A stretch of 32,251 nt of DNA. Origin: a virus. Location: IMG/VR virus record IMGVR_UViG_3300045988_093155; one strand, 5' to 3'. The notes under the pieces are model-generated. The model saw only the letters and a program-made list of their open reading frames with translations, was not told the DNA's origin and searched no databases. The translations under genes and the position numbers were made by a program. Below, in pieces: positions 1 through 7,707 of this stretch (position 1 is the first letter of the stretch; the number at the start of each line of letters is the position of its first letter).

Positions 1-73
1 ACCTCGTACACGGACAAGGCACACTTCAATATAACGCCTATGTTGCAAGCGGAGAAAGAAAAATAAAAAAAAT
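1..73. repeat. Terminal direct repeat copy 1 (assembly overlap or terminal redundancy)
   Basis: Base-for-base identical to 32179..32251 (checked by hand). Confidence 0.95.
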
Positions 74-152
74 AAATGTTGATTCGGGGTTAGTGGAGTG
101 GGGAGAATTTTCCGTTACATTTACCCCTATGGAAGCGCAGGTGGCACCGTAA
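1..152 (+). CDS. 3' part of the wrap-around tail gene (putative distal tail protein, Dit-like); same gene as 31920..32251
   Basis: The frame opened by GTG 31920 continues through the 73-nt overlap (first full codon here starts at 3) to TAA 150-152. The joined gene is 411 nt, 136 aa. It sits directly after the tape measure gene. Confidence 0.6.
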   Translation, partial: LVHGQGTLQYNAYVASGERKIKKINVDSGLVEWGEFSVTFTPMEAQVAP

Positions 153-1865
153 ATGAATGAGGGCGTTAAAGTAAAATATGGCGATATAGCACCCGAAGCA
201 AAAGAAAATTTTACATATACGGCAACAAATTCAGAACCTTTTGTTAATATGGCGCAATTTCAGCAATATAATCTTGATTTTCCGAACTATGGAAATCCGT
301 GCGATTATGGCTCAGTACTGCTTAATAATCAGTCAGTGCCTTTTCCCAAATATCCCGAATCTTCAAATATGGGATACTGGAGCAACATAATAAGCGATGA
401 AAACGGAGATTTTGCAAACGATATTGTTTTCACATTTACATCAAGCGGTCAATATTCTTCACAGGGGTTTACAATTACGTTTGACACGTACAATAACATA
501 TATTGCACGGATTTATCTATAACATGGTATAGAAATAATCAGCAGATAGCAACAGAATCGTTTCAGCCTGATTCCGCGTTTTACTTTTGTCAAAAGAATG
601 TTGAGAATTACGACAAAATTGTAATGACGTTTAAAAAAATAAATATGCCGTATAATAGGTTAAAAATTCGCACTATTGATTTTGGTTATGGTGCTTATTT
701 TTACGGTGATGAGCTTAAAAACGTAAGCTGTATACACGAAATTAATCCTATTTCTGCGGAATTGCCTATTAATACAATTGATTTTACATTAAGAAGCAAA
801 GGCAGTTTTGATTATTCTTTTCAAAACAAACAACCGTTAGAAATATATTTTAATGGCAAGCTTCAAGATGTTAGTTTTGTAAACAAATCTCAAAGAACAT
901 CAAAAACAACGTGGAAAATTCAAAGTGAAGATTATATAGGGCAATTGTCTAAGCTTGCATTTGTGGGTGGAATGTATGAAAATCAAAACGCTAAAGAATT
1001 GTTAATAAAAATATTTACGCAGGCAAAAATCCCGTATGAAATATCCGATTCCCTTGCAACTGAAAAAATAACAGGGCTAATTCCAATGAGTACTTGCAGG
1101 GAAGCTATACGGCAGATATGTTTCGCAATTGGTGCAATATGCACAACGGCGTATAGCGACAAAGTGAAAATAATAAAATTGAACAATGAAGTAACGCAAA
1201 AAGTAACGCTTGACAGGATAAGGCAAGGGCAATCGTTTGATGAATCCGACAGAATAACAGCGGTTAATTTAACCGCGCATAGTTATATAAAAAGCACTGA
1301 AACAGTAGAGTTATACAAAGCTGCTGACAGTGGCATAGGTGATGAAATTCTTGTCCAGTTTTCCGAGCCTATATATGATTTAAACATATCAAACGGAGAA
1401 ATATTAAAAAATGCGGATAACACGCCGAAATCATCCGCTACTTATGCGATTATAAAGGCTAATGCGAATTGCGTACTTACTGGCAAAAAATATACTGACA
1501 CAACAACGATATACACAAAACGCAATCCCATAGTTTCGGCATTGGATTTGGAAAACGTTTCAGAAATAACGGACGCAACACTTGTAAATAATACCAATGC
1601 GCAAACGATATTGAACAGAGCATATGACTTTCTGACAAAGCGTACCACAACAAAATTGAAAATATATGAAAGTTTTCATTATGCAACATGGGGTCAAACG
1701 TGGGGAACTTTTAAATGGGGCGGCAAGGAATATGATAAGGCGGTAAAGGTTGGCGACATTATAACCACTGAAACAGAATACAAAGGCGACATAACGGGAC
1801 GGGTTCTTTCTGAACGGTATAATCTTAATGGCAACATTATTGTAAAGGAGTGTGAAATGGTGTGA
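153..1865 (+). CDS. Tail-associated / baseplate hub (Tal-like) structural protein
   Basis: 570-aa ORF. Its ATG abuts the upstream stop. Position (tape measure, small Dit-like gene, then this gene) is the canonical siphovirus Tal slot. No catalytic motif recognised by eye. Confidence 0.6.
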   Translation: MNEGVKVKYGDIAPEAKENFTYTATNSEPFVNMAQFQQYNLDFPNYGNPCDYGSVLLNNQSVPFPKYPESSNMGYWSNIISDENGDFANDIVFTFTSSGQYSSQGFTITFDTYNNIYCTDLSITWYRNNQQIATESFQPDSAFYFCQKNVENYDKIVMTFKKINMPYNRLKIRTIDFGYGAYFYGDELKNVSCIHEINPISAELPINTIDFTLRSKGSFDYSFQNKQPLEIYFNGKLQDVSFVNKSQRTSKTTWKIQSEDYIGQLSKLAFVGGMYENQNAKELLIKIFTQAKIPYEISDSLATEKITGLIPMSTCREAIRQICFAIGAICTTAYSDKVKIIKLNNEVTQKVTLDRIRQGQSFDESDRITAVNLTAHSYIKSTETVELYKAADSGIGDEILVQFSEPIYDLNISNGEILKNADNTPKSSATYAIIKANANCVLTGKKYTDTTTIYTKRNPIVSALDLENVSEITDATLVNNTNAQTILNRAYDFLTKRTTTKLKIYESFHYATWGQTWGTFKWGGKEYDKAVKVGDIITTETEYKGDITGRVLSERYNLNGNIIVKECEMV

Positions 1866-2320
1866 ACCTTTCAATGATAACCGACAGAACAGGAACAGAT
1901 GCAACAACGGCAGAAACATTAAGAGCCCAAATACAGTCGGAGCAAAGTTTGACTGATTCAGAAAAAAAGGCTTTTGAGCGCGGAGCGTGCACTATTGTCA
2001 TGCTCAACCGTGTAGAAAATGCACAAAAATCTCTTGCAGACTTGTTAAACAAATACAAGTATACTGTAAATATATCAAATAAAACAAATTGGACAAACGG
2101 CGAAAAATTTGATAATGCAAATTATGCGCGATTATTGCAAAATCTTAGAGCGTTAAGAAATGCCTTTTACACATATAATACAACGCCAAAAACACCCACA
2201 TATATTTACGGATATTCGGAAGCAAACGACATTGAAAAAATACTTGTTGATATTAATTCCATAATTGAAAGTATGGAAAGCAATTTTAGAGAATGCGACA
2301 CATTTTATTGTGGGGAGTGA
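1862..2320 (+). CDS. Tail-fibre-associated protein (hypothetical)
   Basis: 152-aa ORF. Start is GTG 1862 in a GTGA overlap with the upstream stop, or in-frame ATG 1874. It lies in the fibre block. The TDRT..LNRVE-type motifs are recalled from fibre-linked proteins of Firmicutes phages (memory only). Confidence 0.5.
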   Translation: MNLSMITDRTGTDATTAETLRAQIQSEQSLTDSEKKAFERGACTIVMLNRVENAQKSLADLLNKYKYTVNISNKTNWTNGEKFDNANYARLLQNLRALRNAFYTYNTTPKTPTYIYGYSEANDIEKILVDINSIIESMESNFRECDTFYCGE

Positions 2321-2324
2321 TAAA

Positions 2325-2585
2325 ATGGTAGAATTTATTGATAAAACAGCAACGGTCACAGGTACAAAAATAAACCGCGCGGCACTTATGGGAGTGCAGG
2401 GATTTGTTGCTAATACCGTAACATTTAATCCAGACGGAAGTATAACTGAAACAAACAGCGAAGGGCATACATTAAAAACGGAATTTTCAAACACGGGTAT
2501 AAAACAAACATTTACAGGCACAAAAACAATTGTGAAAAACACTGTATTTAATTCAGACGGCAGTATAACTGAAACAATACAATAG
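2325..2585 (+). CDS. Small repeat-containing tail-fibre-associated protein (hypothetical)
   Basis: ATG 2325 is preceded by a GGGGAG SD. The track start at 2265 lies inside the upstream gene. The protein has two FN(P/S)DGSITET units, encoded by a 31-nt DNA repeat (2424-2454 and 2547-2577, 2 mismatches). Confidence 0.55.
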   Translation: MVEFIDKTATVTGTKINRAALMGVQGFVANTVTFNPDGSITETNSEGHTLKTEFSNTGIKQTFTGTKTIVKNTVFNSDGSITETIQ

Positions 2586-2595
2586 GAGGTGCAAA

Positions 2596-3843
2596 ATGGC
2601 AGAAAGTAAATATTTCCCCGATTTGACTAACGGGGTTGATATGGCAGACGTGCAACAGATAGAAACAGCTTTTACCGCCGTTGAATCTGATGTAAACGCT
2701 TTAAATAGCGGCAAAGTTGATAAAGAAACAGGGAAAGGTCTTTCAAGCAATGATTACACAACGGCAGAAAAAAATTTAGTTGCGACAATTCCCCAAAAGG
2801 CTGACAAAAGCGAGCTCCCAACAAAGGTGAGCAAGCTTGAGAACGACAGCGGCTATCTTACTGAGCATCAAAGCCTTGAGGCGTACATAAAAAAGGCGGA
2901 AGCTTTTGACAAGCTTTGCCCGAGGGGGAGCGCGGAAAGCACAGCGGCTGCGCTCACGCTTACGGACGGCTGCGGCGGCACAAATGTCCGCAATTATGTA
3001 ATTCACGGAGCCGAGGGCGGTGTCGGGGATTTAAACTCAGGCACGGGGAAATATGAAATCCCCGTAACGGTTCGCGGAAAGAATCTTATCAGCGTTGAGA
3101 GAGACATGCGGTCGGAATACGGAACGGGAACATTGATTGAAAAGGGCGCGGATTATGTTATCGCTCAGATGGCGGCTTCGTCAGAGGATGTAGCGCCGGG
3201 CAGTACGAACTACAGCTCCGGTCGGATCGGGTTAAGCCCGAAAACCGCGGGAACAACGGCGTTCAACAATTGCCTTTTCAAGGACATAAAGCCGAACACA
3301 ACATACACGCTGAGTTATGATTTTGAGTATTTTTATTTTCCGGAGAATGTTTCGAAGGTATATCAGCAGTGTCAGATTGTAATAAACGGAAGTTCATATC
3401 CGCAAAGCTCTTCCACCGCGTCACAAATAAACAAACGACTGCACAATAAGCTGACATTTACAACGCCCGAAACAATTTCAAAACTGGAGCTTCTCTTCTC
3501 ACTCAATTCGAGCAAGGTGAAGCTTTCGAACATAATGCTTGAGGAAGGCGGAAGCGAAACGGACTACGAACGGTACGCGGAGCCGCAGACGGCGGTGATA
3601 GAGCTTACCGCGCCGCTCGGGAAAACGGAGCATGTTGTGAACGCTTCGGGAACAACGTTTAAACATAGCCTGCTTTCAAAGGCGAGCACAGCGGAAATAC
3701 CGCTTGTCACATCGGGAACGAATATAATTGAGGTCGGGACAACGGTTGCACCGGGGAAAATCGAGGTTGAGTATTACAAGGACATAAACAAGATATTGGC
3801 AAATCTGAATAATGCAATATTATCACAGGGAGGTAATGTATAA
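2596..3843 (+). CDS. Tail fibre / receptor-binding protein
   Basis: 415 aa with an AGGAGG SD. N-terminal motifs GKGLSSNDYTTAEK and SKLENDSGY are typical of phage fibre shafts. The C-terminal two thirds are encoded by markedly GC-rich DNA. Confidence 0.7.
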   Translation: MAESKYFPDLTNGVDMADVQQIETAFTAVESDVNALNSGKVDKETGKGLSSNDYTTAEKNLVATIPQKADKSELPTKVSKLENDSGYLTEHQSLEAYIKKAEAFDKLCPRGSAESTAAALTLTDGCGGTNVRNYVIHGAEGGVGDLNSGTGKYEIPVTVRGKNLISVERDMRSEYGTGTLIEKGADYVIAQMAASSEDVAPGSTNYSSGRIGLSPKTAGTTAFNNCLFKDIKPNTTYTLSYDFEYFYFPENVSKVYQQCQIVINGSSYPQSSSTASQINKRLHNKLTFTTPETISKLELLFSLNSSKVKLSNIMLEEGGSETDYERYAEPQTAVIELTAPLGKTEHVVNASGTTFKHSLLSKASTAEIPLVTSGTNIIEVGTTVAPGKIEVEYYKDINKILANLNNAILSQGGNV

Positions 3844-4040
3844 TGTTTAACTACAGAAATTTTTTGATGACGGGATTCAGGAGCGCAGTGGGTCACATGG
3901 CGGATTATCAGGTGATACTAAACGCCAACGGCTACTATGAAAAGGGTGTTCTGACGGAAGATGACCTTTCCGAGCTTCAGGCAATGATTGAGGAGAAGAA
4001 CGCGGCAACTATCGAGGAATCTTTGGAGGTTGTAGAATGA
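3843..4040 (+). CDS. XkdX-like small protein (possible fibre assembly factor)
   Basis: 65 aa with a TAATG overlap with the fibre gene. YYEKGVLTEDDL resembles the XkdX-family small proteins that follow fibre genes (memory). Confidence 0.45.
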   Translation: MFNYRNFLMTGFRSAVGHMADYQVILNANGYYEKGVLTEDDLSELQAMIEEKNAATIEESLEVVE

Positions 4041-4522
4041 GTATATGGGCAGAAATTAAGCACGCGTTAAACAGCACTTTGGGAACATCTAACTTTAAGC
4101 CCTTAAATGAAATTGTAATGCAGACGAAAGACCTCGCGGCAAGCGATTACTTGTATAAAGTTATTAATAATAACGAAGTTTCAAGAGACCGTATCCCTAC
4201 ACACAGTTGGGTAACAATAGCAAGTTTAACAATGCACAGAAACGGGAGTGCTCGCATAAAATTTGATATGCAGTCAAACATGGACTCCGGGGGCGTGCGT
4301 ATAAGCGCGCCCAACGGCTCGGCGTACATTAACGCAAGCAGCGACACTACCGCTGGGTGGGTGACACAATCTGCAAATATTTCATTTTCAAAGGGTGACA
4401 CGATACAAATTTCAATCGGAAACGACACAGGTAAGACCCCAACTATTAAAGTGAAAAATATGGGTTTGTACGCTGTGGAGCTTGATATAACGGGGGTTTC
4501 TGTGCAAATTCCTACTGCATAA
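4037..4522 (+). CDS. Hypothetical beta-rich protein between the fibre and lysis genes
   Basis: 161-aa ORF with an ATGA overlap with the upstream gene. No motif recognised. Confidence 0.5.
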   Translation: MSIWAEIKHALNSTLGTSNFKPLNEIVMQTKDLAASDYLYKVINNNEVSRDRIPTHSWVTIASLTMHRNGSARIKFDMQSNMDSGGVRISAPNGSAYINASSDTTAGWVTQSANISFSKGDTIQISIGNDTGKTPTIKVKNMGLYAVELDITGVSVQIPTA

Positions 4523-4541
4523 ATACGAAGGGAGCGGCAAT

Positions 4542-5903
4542 ATGGATAAATTCACGCTTCCGAAGGAGCGGCTTCCGCGCCCGTTTTCGCAGAATATCTA
4601 CAAGGGCGGCAAGTTATATTCCTCTGTCGGTTCGTGCGTTGCGTGCACGTTTACGCGCATTTTGGAGGTTATCAATTACCTTAAAACCGATACATATGTT
4701 AATCTGTCAGTCGGGTATATGTACGGGCGGCACAACCGAAAGGACAAGCAGGGCGGCGGCATGAATGAAAGGCTTGTCCTCGATGAGCTTGTGCAGTCGG
4801 GCACCGTTCCCGAAAGCATGTGCGCGGATTACTGCGAGTTTCCCGAAATAAAGAATATACTTGAAAGCCGCGCAGACCTTGCAGAGCTTGACGAAGCGTC
4901 AAGGGAATATAAAATAAACGGGTGGACGGACATCAGCGGCAGCGGCTTCAAGGCGCGGTTTGAGTGTATTAAAAAATATCTGACTGTGTACGGCTTGCCG
5001 CTTGCAGGCAGAACACGCAAATGCGGCGAGAATCACGAATGCCTGATAGTAGGCTTTGACGGAAATTATATTCTGTGGCTCGACCATGACGGAACGGATA
5101 AGATACACAGCTCGAAATACGACAAATTTACGGCGGCATTTTTTATTGACGGAGGCACGGGAGAAATGGATAATTTCAGAATATTTACATCGGCGGAGCT
5201 TAAGGCATGGCTGTCATCGCAGAGCGTGAGCAGGAAGATAACGACGGTGCAGCTGCATCACACCTACAGTCCGTCATACAAGGATTTTAACGGAAGCAAT
5301 CACGCGGCGCTTCAAAGCGGCATGAAAAGTTATCACGTAAAATCGCGCGGATTTTCGGACATAGCGCAGCACTTTACAATCTTCCCCGACGGCAAGGTCA
5401 TGACGGGGCGCAGTCTTGACCGCGCGGCGGCAGGGATAATCGGGTGCAATGCGGGCGGCATATGCATTGAGTGCCTCGGAAATTTTGACAAAGGCGGCGA
5501 TACAATGACCGCGGCGCAAAAGGCGGCAATCGCGGAAACGGTGAAAATTCTGCTTGACAGGTTTCATCTTACCGCCGATAATGTGACATACCATGCATGG
5601 TGGACGGCAAAAGGGCGGCAGCTCGGCGATTATGTCAAAGGTAAGTCCGCAAAAACGTGCCCCGGCACAAACTTTTTCGGCGGCAACACACGGGCGGCAT
5701 ATGAAAAAAATCTCCGCCCGATGATAGAATCAAAGGGGGAGACAGTTTTGAAAAAGGTTGAAAGCATTAACGATATCGTTTGGGAGCTGACAAACGCGGG
5801 AATCATCACGGACGGCAAGCTGTGGATGAAGAAATGTGAAGAAGATAAAAACGTTTATTGGCTGTGTTACAAGATGGCAAATAAATTGAGGGGGACTTTA
5901 TAA
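4542..5903 (+). CDS. Endolysin: N-terminal papain-like cysteine peptidase plus N-acetylmuramoyl-L-alanine amidase (Amidase_2/PGRP type) plus short C-terminal tail
   Basis: A GSCVAC motif with upstream Q and downstream ENHECLIVGFDG suggests a Cys/His peptidase. VQLHHT...HFTIFPDGKV...ECLGNFD...TYHAWW...KTCPG matches the Amidase_2 zinc-amidase pattern. A GGGAGCGG SD is present. The gene is followed by small membrane proteins. Confidence 0.85.
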   Translation: MDKFTLPKERLPRPFSQNIYKGGKLYSSVGSCVACTFTRILEVINYLKTDTYVNLSVGYMYGRHNRKDKQGGGMNERLVLDELVQSGTVPESMCADYCEFPEIKNILESRADLAELDEASREYKINGWTDISGSGFKARFECIKKYLTVYGLPLAGRTRKCGENHECLIVGFDGNYILWLDHDGTDKIHSSKYDKFTAAFFIDGGTGEMDNFRIFTSAELKAWLSSQSVSRKITTVQLHHTYSPSYKDFNGSNHAALQSGMKSYHVKSRGFSDIAQHFTIFPDGKVMTGRSLDRAAAGIIGCNAGGICIECLGNFDKGGDTMTAAQKAAIAETVKILLDRFHLTADNVTYHAWWTAKGRQLGDYVKGKSAKTCPGTNFFGGNTRAAYEKNLRPMIESKGETVLKKVESINDIVWELTNAGIITDGKLWMKKCEEDKNVYWLCYKMANKLRGTL

Positions 5904-6064
5904 TGAAAGATAGATTTTCAAAATTACTGACTGTCAAAAGCATTATAACAATCTTATTGACGGTAGTCGCTTCATATTTAGCAATTATAGGGAAATTCGA
6001 TATAAAAGAAATTTATTTAATAATAATCGGATTTTATTTCGGAACTCAAAAAATAAAGGAGTAA
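5903..6064 (+). CDS. Holin-like small membrane protein (53 aa, 2 predicted TM segments)
   Basis: Not in the ORF track (below 60 aa). ATG 5903 is in a TAATG overlap with the endolysin stop. Sequence MKDRFSKLLTVKSIITILLTVVASYLAIIGKFDIKEIYLIIIGFYFGTQKIKE has two hydrophobic stretches and a charged C-terminus. Confidence 0.55.
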   Translation: MKDRFSKLLTVKSIITILLTVVASYLAIIGKFDIKEIYLIIIGFYFGTQKIKE

Positions 6065-6068
6065 TTTA

Positions 6069-6287
6069 ATGAATAACATAACGCCCGAAGCCATGGAAGA
6101 ATTAAAGTTAGTTTTTGTGACACGCAAAGAATGCGTTGAAACAAATGACGAAATAACGCGAAAGCTCAACCGAGATTATGCCGATTTAAGTGTAATAAAA
6201 TTTCAACTTAAGCTTATATTAGGGATTTTATCCGCTGTCGGGGTGGCGGTTCTTAGCCTTGTTATTAATCAAATATGGAGGGGATAA
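6069..6287 (+). CDS. XhlA-like lysis-associated membrane protein
   Basis: 72 aa with an AAGGAG SD. An N-terminal helical/charged region and a single C-terminal TM (ILGILSAVGVAVLSLVI) match the architecture of PBSX XhlA. Confidence 0.5.
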   Translation: MNNITPEAMEELKLVFVTRKECVETNDEITRKLNRDYADLSVIKFQLKLILGILSAVGVAVLSLVINQIWRG

Positions 6288-6288
6288 T

Positions 6289-6555
6289 ATGAATTGCAAT
6301 GAGTGCAAATCAAATAAATCTGATGAGAGTTTTGCGATGGAATTACTGACAGCATATTCAAAACAGGCACATAAATGGTTTATTGCTTTTCTTGTGGTGT
6401 CTTGTTTTTGGTTTGCTACTATTGGCGGTTTTGTGTGGTTCTTAAATCAATATAATTTTGAAAGTTGTGAATGTGTACAAGACGGTCAAGGGATAAACAA
6501 TATAAATAATCATATTGGAGGTACTGTGTATAATGGGGCAGAAGCTCAAGAGTAG
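6289..6555 (+). CDS. Small single-TM membrane protein of the lysis cassette
   Basis: ATG 6289 follows a GGAGGGG SD (the track ORF starts earlier at 6259). The pattern is KWFIAFLVVSCFWFATIGGFVWFL followed by a Q/G/N-rich tail. Similar small proteins sit in lysis cassettes of other Firmicutes phages (memory). Confidence 0.5.
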   Translation: MNCNECKSNKSDESFAMELLTAYSKQAHKWFIAFLVVSCFWFATIGGFVWFLNQYNFESCECVQDGQGINNINNHIGGTVYNGAEAQE

Positions 6556-6621
6556 AACAATGACAAAAAAGAACGGCAAAGCTAAAGGGACATTGATACG
6601 CAAAACAAAAAAGAAAAAGGG

Positions 6622-6840
6622 GTGATTCCCTTGTATAGATTTGATTTTATGCGTTCGGAATATGAATACATATTAAATGAATGTTGCTTCACGGACGAAG
6701 AAGAAAAAATTTTAAATTTGCGCCGAAAAGGCAAAAGCAACATTGAAATTTCTTTTATTTTATGTATATCTGAACGCACAGTGCAAAGAAGAATCAAAGA
6801 CATAGCAAAGAAAATCCAAAAACTTTTAATTAAATATTGA
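6622..6840 (+). CDS. GerE/LuxR-type or sigma-70 region-4-like HTH transcription regulator (about 70 aa)
   Basis: FTDEEEKILNLRRKGKSNIEISFILCISERTVQRRIKDIAKKI fits the LuxR/GerE / sigma r4 HTH pattern. The start is ambiguous: GTG 6622, TTG 6631 or ATG 6649. Confidence 0.6.
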   Translation: MIPLYRFDFMRSEYEYILNECCFTDEEEKILNLRRKGKSNIEISFILCISERTVQRRIKDIAKKIQKLLIKY

Positions 6841-6860
6841 TATTACCTAATTTTTGATAA

Positions 6861-6900
6861 ACCGCTGCGGCTTTTCCTCCTTTCTCCGCGGCGGTTTTTT
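6861..6900 (+). terminator. Rho-independent terminator ending the late/lysis transcription unit
   Basis: ACCGCTGCGG (6861-6870) pairs with CCGCGGCGGT (6887-6896) over 10 bp including one G-U. A TTTTTT run follows. Confidence 0.8.
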
Positions 6901-6918
6901 GTCGTATATTTGGCAGTT

Positions 6919-6948
6919 ATGCAAATTAATTTGGTGCTATTATATAAT
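6919..6948 (+). promoter_or_regulatory. Possible weak promoter of the accessory module
   Basis: TATAAT at 6943-6948. The only -35 candidate is poor (aTGCAA / TGCAAA near 6919-6925). Confidence 0.3.
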
Positions 6949-6962
6949 TAAGAGGTGGGGAC

Positions 6963-7121
6963 ATGAAGCTTTTAAAAACGTTAATGTGCGCTATTTACGA
7001 CATGACCGATGAAGATTGGAAATTATTCCTACAAAGAGAAAACAATCTTGATGAATGGTACGAAATATTAAGATTAAAACTTGATAAAGAACAAAAAACA
7101 AGGGGGATAAAAAATGTATAA
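6963..7121 (+). CDS. Hypothetical 52-aa protein
   Basis: Not in the track. ATG 6963 follows an AAGAGGTGGGG SD. Sequence MKLLKTLMCAIYDMTDEDWKLFLQRENNLDEWYEILRLKLDKEQKTRGIKNV. Its stop overlaps the next ATG (ATGTATAA). Confidence 0.45.
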   Translation: MKLLKTLMCAIYDMTDEDWKLFLQRENNLDEWYEILRLKLDKEQKTRGIKNV

Positions 7122-7518
7122 TCCATATTTAAATAATTATGCTCAAAACAACTATACCCCGTATAACTCGCAAAATGCCATGTATAGCGCGCCTATGAAT
7201 CAAGGGCAACAACTTATTAGGGTAAACGGCTTAGAGGGCGCAAAAGCGTATCAAATGGGCGCAAATAGCACTGTAGCGTTATTCGATAGCAATAACGATA
7301 TAATGTACGTAAAAAATACGGACGGTGCAGGATTCGGAAGTATAAGAGCATTTAAATTCGTTGAAATGGATTTGAACAACTCCGTGCCAGTATCGGAATA
7401 TGCAACAAAAAACGAGCTTGAACAATTGCGACAGGAGGTTAAAAATTATGCCGAGCAGTTTATTTCAAAATCAAAATCCGCAAAGACAAAATCCGTTACA
7501 GATGATAGCGGAGTTTAA
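7114..7518 (+). CDS. Hypothetical protein: Q/N/Y-rich N-terminus plus a compact beta domain
   Basis: 134-aa ORF with a GGGGGA SD. The motif RVNGLEGAKAYQMGANSTVALFDSNNDIMYVKNTDGAGFGSIRAFKF is not assignable by eye. Confidence 0.6.
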   Translation: MYNPYLNNYAQNNYTPYNSQNAMYSAPMNQGQQLIRVNGLEGAKAYQMGANSTVALFDSNNDIMYVKNTDGAGFGSIRAFKFVEMDLNNSVPVSEYATKNELEQLRQEVKNYAEQFISKSKSAKTKSVTDDSGV

Positions 7519-7654
7519 AAAGTTTGCAAAAAATATGTCTCCGCAAAAAGCGGAAGAGCTTGTAAAACAAAAACTTCAAAGCGGAGAAATGTCACAGGCT
7601 CAATTTGAGCAGTTAAAACAACAGGCGCAAAGTTTTCTATCGTTCTTAAAATAA
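7448..7654 (+). CDS. Hypothetical 68-aa helical protein, start overlapping the upstream gene by 71 nt
   Basis: ATG 7448 lies 8 nt after a GGAGG at 7435-7439, in the frame of track ORF 7400..7654. Sequence begins MPSSLFQNQNPQRQNPLQMIAEFKKFAKNMSPQKAEELVKQKLQSGEMSQAQFEQLKQQAQ. Confidence 0.5.
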   Translation: MPSSLFQNQNPQRQNPLQMIAEFKKFAKNMSPQKAEELVKQKLQSGEMSQAQFEQLKQQAQSFLSFLK

Positions 7655-7707
7655 TCGGTGCACAGATTATTTTCAGATAAATATTTATTTAATGGAGGTA
7701 AACAATC

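Noticed and set aside
2596-3843. Diversity-generating retroelement targeting the fibre C-terminus.
   Set aside because: There is no reverse transcriptase gene anywhere in the genome. I found no template/variable repeat pair.
6506-6534. TATAAT at 6529-6534 as a promoter for the GerE-like gene.
   Set aside because: The -35 region (ATAATC) is poor, the TG is not in extended -10 register, and the site lies inside a coding region.
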